Below are positions 35,406-41,500 of a stretch of 41,500 nucleotides of DNA, in pieces. Source of the stretch: a virus. Location of the stretch: the UHGV virus genome UHGV-0377100; one strand, written 5' to 3'. The position numbers were made by a program, and so were the translations under genes. Numbering within the stretch: the stretch's first letter is position 1; each line of letters opens with the position of its first letter. The notes under the pieces were generated by a model, which did not search any database, had not been told where the DNA came from, and saw only the letters and a list, made by a program, of their open reading frames with translations.

Positions 35406-36290
35406 TTATATATTATTTAAGGCATAAGTTATTTCCGAATCGGTAAAACCTTCATATAACAACTGGTCTTTTAATTTTTCTTTAGAGATATCCATACTTT
35501 CCATATACTCTTTAGCCTTATTTACTGCTTGTTTATTCCAATTGGTAGATATATTTTCTACTGCAAAGTTTGCTGCTTCATCAGAAAATTTTTCATACTG
35601 AAGTTGTTTATATAAGCTAATTTTTGAAAAAGAGCTGTGGTTAATATACTCTTCAGCTTTTATCTTTGCATTTGTGTATTCCAGAGGAACTTTACTAGAT
35701 TGTGAGGAAGAAGAAGTTGTTTCTTGCGCCTTTTTATCTTTACCAGATAGTACATCTGCTAATAATTCGTCTAAATCATTACTATTTAAATCATTGTTAA
35801 AAACAAAAGTGACAAATTTATTATCATCTATTGAATTTTCAGATTTACTAGTATATTTTTTTGAATTATCTGGAATACTATTTTCTAAAACAAGAATTAA
35901 ATCATCAAACTTTTTTTCTACTACGCTATTTGCAAGTCTCATAGTAGAAAAAATGGTTAGCGCAGAAGGCTGTTTTTCATCGGTTTTTGTGAACAAAGCA
36001 AAAGCAATCGGTGACAAACTTTCTTTAAATATTTCAACTTTTAGATTTTTTGATGTCAGATAGGAATCATACTTATTAGTAAGTTCATATTTACTTTCGG
36101 TCAATTCATTTAAATTAGATTCTATTATTTTTTTTGAATCTATTCCCAATTTATTTTCAGGTATTTTGGTAGTTTGTTTTTTTTCATGGGTTTCCACTTC
36201 TTTTGTTTTATCATCGTTACCACTGGCACTACAACCTGATATAAAAATAATAGGTAGTAGTAGTGAAGTTAAAATAACCCTTTTTTTCAT
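35406..36290 (-). CDS. ltp: Ltp-family surface lipoprotein, a superinfection exclusion candidate.
   Basis: Lipobox IISGC. Ser-rich linker. Two C-terminal repeats (SLYKQLQYEKFSDEAANFAV and LKDQLLYEGFTDSEITYAL) matching the Ltp repeat. Confidence 0.7.
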   Translation of the reverse strand: MKKRVILTSLLLPIIFISGCSASGNDDKTKEVETHEKKQTTKIPENKLGIDSKKIIESNLNELTESKYELTNKYDSYLTSKNLKVEIFKESLSPIAFALFTKTDEKQPSALTIFSTMRLANSVVEKKFDDLILVLENSIPDNSKKYTSKSENSIDDNKFVTFVFNNDLNSNDLDELLADVLSGKDKKAQETTSSSSQSSKVPLEYTNAKIKAEEYINHSSFSKISLYKQLQYEKFSDEAANFAVENISTNWNKQAVNKAKEYMESMDISKEKLKDQLLYEGFTDSEITYALNNI

Positions 36291-36379
36291 TTTTAAAACT
36301 CCTCATTTCTGATATAATGTATTTATTGAATAATTCTCATAAATGAGGAAAGAGTTCCGTGTTGTAGCACGGGGCTTTT

Positions 36380-36853
36380 TTATTGTAAATTTGTATTTAA
36401 AATCATGACTGATAAATCATTAAACTCAAAAATTCTTCCTTTATAAAAATGGGTATCACCAAATTTTTGCCGATAATAGGCGAGTACATTTTTTAGCGTT
36501 TCAACGTCTACCCCTAAAAATTCAGCACATGTGTAATGATTACTGAAGCCTGATTCTGAACACTTAATTAAATCATCCAAAGTGACTAATTGTTCTAAAG
36601 CATATTGTCTAGCTTTTAGTTCTTGTTTGCGATTTTCTAAACAATCCTGGTTTAATATATCGCCAAACGAAGTATCATGGTGACCAAGTTCTTCAGCTAG
36701 CACATTTCTTTTTTCACTTAGACTCAACGATTTTTCAATATAAATTCTACCATCACGGTACAACCCATAGCATCCAGTATATTGAAACAAATCTGTTTCA
36801 ATAACTGGTGCTTTTTTCTGTACCTCTGACACCAACAGTTCATATTCGTTCAT
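36380..36853 (-). CDS. immA: ImmA/IrrE-family metallopeptidase (anti-repressor protease).
   Basis: HEXXH present as AEELGHH. Start MNEYELL has an AGGAG RBS. Co-oriented immediately downstream of the repressor gene. Confidence 0.75.
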   Translation of the reverse strand: MNEYELLVSEVQKKAPVIETDLFQYTGCYGLYRDGRIYIEKSLSLSEKRNVLAEELGHHDTSFGDILNQDCLENRKQELKARQYALEQLVTLDDLIKCSESGFSNHYTCAEFLGVDVETLKNVLAYYRQKFGDTHFYKGRIFEFNDLSVMILNTNLQ

Positions 36854-36869
36854 AAAATACTCCTGAAAA

Positions 36870-37394
36870 TTATTCTTTATCATCTGATTCATCATCAAAA
36901 AGATGTTTGCATTCTTTTTGCTTTTTATCATAATCAGCATCCACTTTATCTAGAAATTGATTAATTTTAAATTTCTCTTCATCAGTAAATACTTTATTGG
37001 GATCTGGTGAATGCGCAGCTAAAGTATCGTATTTTTTCTTGTTAATGTTAACTACATTATTAGAAGCTTTGTTTTGTTGCACCAATTGCTCTTTAGCAGT
37101 CTCATATACAATTTTTTGTCTTTCTGGCTCTAGAATATTATAAATAGATTCTAGAGATGAAGGGTCACTGTTTTCTTTGTAAGTAGTATCGATATCACTT
37201 TTTTTGATTTTAAAATAATCAGCTATTCTTTGGATTACACCATGAGAAGGGTTTGACCTAAGATTCATATAATCGCTCATTGTTGATGGAGATATTCCGA
37301 TTTCTTCAGCTAATTTTTTTTGTGTAATATTACTTTCTTTAAGATACTTTTTTATGTTAGTTGCTATTATCTTATTACGTTGTTTGTCTTCCAC
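36870..37394 (-). CDS. XRE-family repressor (cI/ImmR-like) with no S24 peptidase domain.
   Basis: HTH ITQKKLAEEIGISPSTMSDYMN. GTG start with an AAGGAGG RBS. Confidence 0.8.
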   Translation of the reverse strand: MEDKQRNKIIATNIKKYLKESNITQKKLAEEIGISPSTMSDYMNLRSNPSHGVIQRIADYFKIKKSDIDTTYKENSDPSSLESIYNILEPERQKIVYETAKEQLVQQNKASNNVVNINKKKYDTLAAHSPDPNKVFTDEEKFKINQFLDKVDADYDKKQKECKHLFDDESDDKE

Positions 37395-37417
37395 GATAAC
37401 ACCTCCTTATATTTCAT

Positions 37418-37446
37418 ATTATACGAAAAAATCGTAAGGATGTAAA
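37418..37446 (-). promoter_or_regulatory. Repressor promoter: -35 TTTACA, 17 bp, -10 TATAAT, with the operator in the spacer.
   Basis: On the minus strand: TTTACA (complement of 37441-37446), spacer, TATAAT (complement of 37418-37423). Confidence 0.6.
37422..37436. promoter_or_regulatory. Operator O1, TACGAAAAAATCGTA (inverted half-sites TACGA/TCGTA).
   Basis: Identical 15-mer at 37485-37499. A degenerate copy at 37455-37470. Confidence 0.65.
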
Positions 37447-37477
37447 TATATAAATACGAAAAAAACGAATTTTATTA

Positions 37478-37506
37478 TTGACAATACGAAAAAATCGTAT
37501 TATAGT
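37478..37506 (+). promoter_or_regulatory. cro promoter: -35 TTGACA, 17 bp, -10 TATAGT, with operator O3 (37485-37499) filling the spacer.
   Basis: TTGACA at 37478-37483, TATAGT at 37501-37506, RBS AAAGGAGGG, ATG at 37533. Confidence 0.65.
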
Positions 37507-37532
37507 TATAGCATAGAAAGGAGGGATTAGAT

Positions 37533-37796
37533 ATGAAAACATTAAAAGAATTAAGAGTTGAGTATGGGTTGACTCAAGAAGAATTGGCTGACTTGTTTAA
37601 AGTGACTTCTAGAACTATTCAAAATATGGAAAAAGATTCATCCAATATAAAAGATAGTTTACTAAAAAAATATATGGATGCCTTTGCCGTAAAATATGAT
37701 GATATTTTTTTAGGCAATGAATACGAAAATTTCGTACATTTGGAAGAAAAGAAAAAGTCTATTATTTTAACCTTTAAAAATAAGCAGTTAACTTAA
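37533..37796 (+). CDS. cro: Cro-like XRE HTH regulator.
   Basis: LTQEELADLFKVTSRTIQNMEK HTH. Divergent from the repressor gene. Confidence 0.75.
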   Translation: MKTLKELRVEYGLTQEELADLFKVTSRTIQNMEKDSSNIKDSLLKKYMDAFAVKYDDIFLGNEYENFVHLEEKKKSIILTFKNKQLT

Positions 37797-37834
37797 AAAT
37801 TCAAGCAACAAATAAAAAGGAGGTAATAAAAGAA

Positions 37835-38086
37835 ATGTCACAAATCACACTAGCAAAGACTATCGAAGTACAGCAAGCGTGGATGGCAAAAGATGAAGCA
37901 ATTATTTATTTTGGCTATCAGCATCACAAACCAACATTTCAAAAACTGCTGAGAGAGTTTAAGGAACATAATGATTTTAAAGATGGTTATAGACTCGTTA
38001 CATCATGCATGCCAATTATTCATATTCAGAAATTTGATGAATTTTTGGTTTGGCGGGAAAAAAACAAGTATAAGCGAAACAAATAA
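37835..38086 (+). CDS. Small putative DNA-binding protein (excisionase/HTH_17-like?).
   Basis: 83 aa, basic. Position after cro. Confidence 0.35.
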   Translation: MSQITLAKTIEVQQAWMAKDEAIIYFGYQHHKPTFQKLLREFKEHNDFKDGYRLVTSCMPIIHIQKFDEFLVWREKNKYKRNK

Positions 38087-38105
38087 ACGTTACAGGAGGA
38101 AGAAA

Positions 38106-38861
38106 ATGGCAGACTTAGTAATTATGAAAAATGAACAAGCAGTAACAAGTAGTTTACAAATTGCAGAGACATTCAATAAAAATCACCGAGATGTTTTAGC
38201 AGCAATTGATGATTTAAAAGAGGGGGTTGCGGAAAATTACGCAGACCTATTTTACGAAGATACCTACATTCATCCACAAAACAAACAATCCTATCGCCAA
38301 GTTGTTATGAATCGCGACGGCTTCACTTTGTTAGCAATGGGGTTCACTGGTCAAAAGGCATTGCAGTTCAAAATGAAATATATTGAGGCTTTTAATCAAA
38401 TGGAAAATCACATCAAGGAACAATTAGACACGTCAACTTTAAGTCCAGAACTACAATTCATGAATAGCGTAGTCCAATCACTCGCAAAACAAGAAATCGC
38501 GAACAAACGTCTTGAACATAAGGTGGATAACATCACGGATATTATCGCTTTAAATACAACTGATTGGCGTAAAGAATGCCGTAGCTTGGTTAACAAGATG
38601 GCAAAAACACAAGGCGAGTTTGGTGCTTATCAAGAAATACAGACAGCGATTTATGACGAAGTAGATCGTCGAGCTGGCTCATCGTTGAAAACACGTTTAA
38701 CCAATTTAAAAAACCGCATGGCTGGTGAGGGTGTTTCCAAATCTAAGCGGGACAAAATGAATAAATTAGATGTGATCGATAGTGACAAACGATTAAAAGA
38801 AATCTATTTAGCGGTTGTTAAAGATTTTGCCATTAAATACGGAATCTGGAAGGAGAATTAG
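38106..38861 (+). CDS. Rha-family phage regulatory protein / antirepressor.
   Basis: N-terminus NEQAVTSSLQIAETFNKNHRDVLAAIDDL is a pRha domain signature. ATG at 38106 after an AGGAGGAAG RBS. Confidence 0.7.
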   Translation: MADLVIMKNEQAVTSSLQIAETFNKNHRDVLAAIDDLKEGVAENYADLFYEDTYIHPQNKQSYRQVVMNRDGFTLLAMGFTGQKALQFKMKYIEAFNQMENHIKEQLDTSTLSPELQFMNSVVQSLAKQEIANKRLEHKVDNITDIIALNTTDWRKECRSLVNKMAKTQGEFGAYQEIQTAIYDEVDRRAGSSLKTRLTNLKNRMAGEGVSKSKRDKMNKLDVIDSDKRLKEIYLAVVKDFAIKYGIWKEN

Positions 38862-38865
38862 GATG

Positions 38866-39159
38866 GATATTGAAGAAAAACGAGCATTAGGGAACTTTTT
38901 AAGTACTATCATTTCTGAAGAATCAGCTAACCAATTGGTAAATCTGGAAGGGCAAAAATTAAAAGATGTTTACTACACGTTGCAGGAACAAATGGAATAC
39001 GAAGGTATTGCTCCTGAAGAACCGACAGTAAAAAGTGTTATTAATGAAATTCGGGAGTTACTAGAAATTACCCCAAGTGCTGATTTTGGGATTGAAGATT
39101 ATCAAGACCTTATTTATCAAAAAGTAGATATGTTAAGTAGCATATTAGGTATCGAATAG
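38866..39159 (+). CDS. Hypothetical early protein.
   Basis: ORF with an RBS, 97 aa. Confidence 0.4.
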   Translation, partial: DIEEKRALGNFLSTIISEESANQLVNLEGQKLKDVYYTLQEQMEYEGIAPEEPTVKSVINEIRELLEITPSADFGIEDYQDLIYQKVDMLSSILGIE

Positions 39160-39172
39160 GAGGGAATTTAAA

Positions 39173-39406
39173 ATGAATAACGAAAAAAAAACAAAATATG
39201 ACGAAACAAAAGAACATTACTTATCAAAATTTAAGCGAAATAATGACGTTGAAAAATTTGGTTTCTCAAAAGAAGCTGAAAAAGCTGGGAAAATAATTTT
39301 AGATGAACTAAAAAATAGAGACTTAACGTATGATGACGCATACGCAAGTCTCCAATGGGCATATAACAAGCTTCAATATGAATCAAATTTTATTAGTATC
39401 CGATAA
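39173..39406 (+). CDS. Hypothetical early protein.
   Basis: 77 aa with an RBS. Confidence 0.4.
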   Translation: MNNEKKTKYDETKEHYLSKFKRNNDVEKFGFSKEAEKAGKIILDELKNRDLTYDDAYASLQWAYNKLQYESNFISIR

Positions 39407-39884
39407 ATTTAGCATTGTTATTGAGTTCAATTGATAAAACTTCGAAGTTGTCATCAGCTAGCAACATAGAGTCTAGTCTTGTTCCACTTTCTAGGAAATG
39501 TACATTTTTTACTAGGGTAGTTACAGGTTTCTGTGATTCGAACTTCAAACTGTTTTCAGAAACAAAATCAAGCACTTTTTTTAGTAGTAAATCTGGACGC
39601 GAAAAAGCTTGTTTTGTAGAAAATATACGACTTTCTACAGAACTTCTCCAAATTGAAAAGAGTTCTGTAGCTAAACAACCATTAATCGTTTTTTTCTGAA
39701 TATCAAAGTCATAGTCAAATTCTTCTAATGAAATATGCGTTTTACTGTCATTCAACGGCAAGAATTCAGCAGTTAAAAGTTTTCCTTTGTAATTCACAAC
39801 CAGAGAAAATTCTTTCTTTTCATTATCTTTAAACTGCATCGCATAAAGAAGGTAGTATACGGCTTGTACTTGGCTTAAATTCAT
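39393..39884 (-). CDS. Reverse-strand moron gene (163 aa) with its own promoter.
   Basis: Minus strand -10 TATAAT (complement of 39921-39926), RBS GTGAGGTG, ATG. No family recognised. Confidence 0.5.
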   Translation of the reverse strand: MNLSQVQAVYYLLYAMQFKDNEKKEFSLVVNYKGKLLTAEFLPLNDSKTHISLEEFDYDFDIQKKTINGCLATELFSIWRSSVESRIFSTKQAFSRPDLLLKKVLDFVSENSLKFESQKPVTTLVKNVHFLESGTRLDSMLLADDNFEVLSIELNNNAKFIGY

Positions 39885-40065
39885 ATTATCACCTCACTTT
39901 CATAACTAATTATATCAAAGATTATAACCAAAGGAGGATTTTAAATGTCTAAAGAAAATATCCAAGATAAATATCATGAATCTTTAAAGGAACGGAATAT
40001 CACAGACCCATACAAAGAACTGGCTGAACGTCTCATCGGAGTCAAACAAAGTTAGGAGTGTCAAC

Positions 40066-40251
40066 ATGGCTTATACAATAGAACAAGAAAGCTGGATACT
40101 CAACCAAATCAAAAAAGAGCGGAAACAGCTACAAGACGACCGAGCAGCACTTAGAAAGTCAGAGCAACTAACAGAAGGAAAAGCCTATCAAATTGAAAAA
40201 GAACTCGAATTTTTAAGATACTTAGAGATTCAAAATAGAATGCATATTTAA
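40066..40251 (+). CDS. Hypothetical small coiled-coil protein.
   Basis: 61 aa with an RBS. Confidence 0.35.
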   Translation: MAYTIEQESWILNQIKKERKQLQDDRAALRKSEQLTEGKAYQIEKELEFLRYLEIQNRMHI

Positions 40252-40755
40252 GGAGAAATGAAATGAGAAAAATTTATAACTTAAGAAGAATTGCAGTACT
40301 GCTTATTGTTTTCGGATTGGGTCTGCTAGTGGGTGGAAACTTTAATCCAATCATCCAAAATGTGTATATTGGATTGTTCATTATTTGGACATTATTTTAT
40401 GACTTAGCTCTTGAAGATAGAGAGGTAAATAAATGACAAGGAAAGAAAAACTACAGCAAACCAAAAAACTTGCTGATTTATGGTACCGGCAACAAAAAAA
40501 TCAGATATATATAGCGCAACAAAAAGAGAGAAGAGGGATTTAGATGTTTCAAGCGGTTGGCAAAGATAGTTTAAAAATTTATGTTGTCGAGAAAACGAAA
40601 GCCCTGGTATTTCAAAATCTGAAAGAAAAATATCCAGACACTGCGATAAATAAGGCAGTATTTCCAGAAGCGTTATTTATCCAAGAAACAAAAAAGTGAC
40701 TTCCGCCGGCAAGCAAAAAGTCACAAACAAAATTAATTGATAGGAGAATTATAGC

Positions 40756-41001
40756 ATGAGAGTGGAAGTGGATTCAATGCAAAGAATTGTCTTAATTGAT
40801 AATCATTCACCTTATGGATCACTGATTTTTGAAAAGGATGCTATTAATAATCATGTTGCTGTTTACCAAGATAGCGAAGATGAAGAAGTTAGATCAGTAT
40901 TCGAAAGTTTAGATGAAAGTGCTTATTTTAAAAAAGTTGAATTAATTGAAGGGCTAGAAAAAGTTCTTTCGTTGTTGAAAGAGGAGGAACAAAATGAATA
41001 A
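40756..41001 (+). CDS. Hypothetical small acidic protein.
   Basis: 81 aa. Overlaps the start of the ERF gene. Confidence 0.4.
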   Translation: MRVEVDSMQRIVLIDNHSPYGSLIFEKDAINNHVAVYQDSEDEEVRSVFESLDESAYFKKVELIEGLEKVLSLLKEEEQNE

Positions 41002-41500
41002 TTACAGTGAAAATTTAGAAAAACTTTTTGATGGGATGTATAAGCTGAAAAGCAAATTAATCCAACCAAAATTTGACGCAGAAGTGGCATACTCAACGAA
41101 AAAAGGTGGAATGAATTTCCAATATGCAACTCTTAAAGCAATTGAAGAAGCAATTAGAAAAGCTGCACAAGAATCTGAAATTGGAATTGATTTCCAACAA
41201 AATGTTGTCAATGAAAATAATGCGTTAAAAGTCACAACAATTATCACTCACATAAGCGGGCAGTATATCATTCATGGTCCATTTGAATTCCCAAATAGTG
41301 ACACTAATCCACAAGGGCTAGGAAGTTTAACGACATACGCAAGACGTTACTCGCTTTCGGCAGCGTTTGGAATTGCAGCAGATAAAGACGATGATGGACA
41401 AACAGCAGCTGAAAAGAACAGCGATACTTCAAAAGTTGATTTGATTAGCGGTAAACAGTTAGCTACGTTAAACGATCATATCCGACAACTTTCTGAGTTA
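40994..41500 (+). CDS. ERF-family single-strand annealing protein, 5' part; runs off the window end.
   Basis: GAGGAGG RBS then an ATG at 40994. Open to position 41500. Not listed in the ORF track because it has no stop. Sequence GGMNFQYATLKAIEEAIRKAAQESEIGIDFQQ...ITHISGQY fits ERF family features. Confidence 0.5.
   Translation, partial: MNNYSENLEKLFDGMYKLKSKLIQPKFDAEVAYSTKKGGMNFQYATLKAIEEAIRKAAQESEIGIDFQQNVVNENNALKVTTIITHISGQYIIHGPFEFPNSDTNPQGLGSLTTYARRYSLSAAFGIAADKDDDGQTAAEKNSDTSKVDLISGKQLATLNDHIRQLSEL

Noticed and set aside
36291-36379. Hairpin CCGTG-TTGTAG-CACGG plus T-run on the plus strand between the ImmA and Ltp genes
   Set aside because: It would terminate plus-strand transcription, where there is no upstream gene. 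It is probably an incidental or antisense insulator. Too weak to call as a feature.

Overview
Low-GC (about 35%) Firmicutes chromosomal segment; the IS256 copy and ArpU-family regulators suggest Enterococcus or a close relative. It contains parts of two temperate siphovirus prophages in the same orientation, separated by an insertion sequence and cargo genes. (1) Positions 1 to about 29.8 kb hold the replication-to-lysis part of prophage A: a recombination-module tail end (DUF1351 protein, HNH-domain protein, replisome organizer, RusA interrupted by an in-frame TAG); a 0.9-kb structured non-coding region; the ArpU late regulator; a roughly 2.7-kb moron island (a two-gene cytoplasmic plus 4-TM cassette, a tRNA-Lys-like gene and a single-gene cassette) wedged between arpU and terS; TerS and TerL; portal; minor head protein; scaffold; major capsid; connectors; major tail protein; Ig-like protein; G/GT chaperones; tape measure; Dit; Tal; fibre; two holins; a signal-peptide GH25+LysM endolysin; and a second ArpU-like regulator plus an M23/glucosaminidase lysin. 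(2) Positions 29.8 to 33.7 kb: a multi-TM membrane protein, a complete IS256 (1324 bp) and a lipoprotein. (3) Positions 33.9 to 41.5 kb hold the lysogeny and early region of prophage B: tyrosine integrase with a TTG start, a small basic protein, an Ltp-type superinfection-exclusion lipoprotein, ImmA protease, an XRE repressor, a divergent Cro, a Rha antirepressor, small early genes, a reverse-strand moron, and an ERF recombinase truncated at the window end. The most notable points are: a conserved roughly 20-aa C-terminal peptide encoded in the -1 frame after both the major capsid and major tail genes, with synonymous-only drift between the two copies, implying programmed frameshift tagging of both structural proteins; a canonical G GGA AAG slippery site for the G/GT chaperone; four covarying hairpins with an invariant TTTCCG loop; phased TTGGCGG repeats after arpU; a fully resolvable operator/promoter switch in prophage B; Prp-type (L27-like) cleavage motifs on scaffold and capsid; and candidate defense morons.
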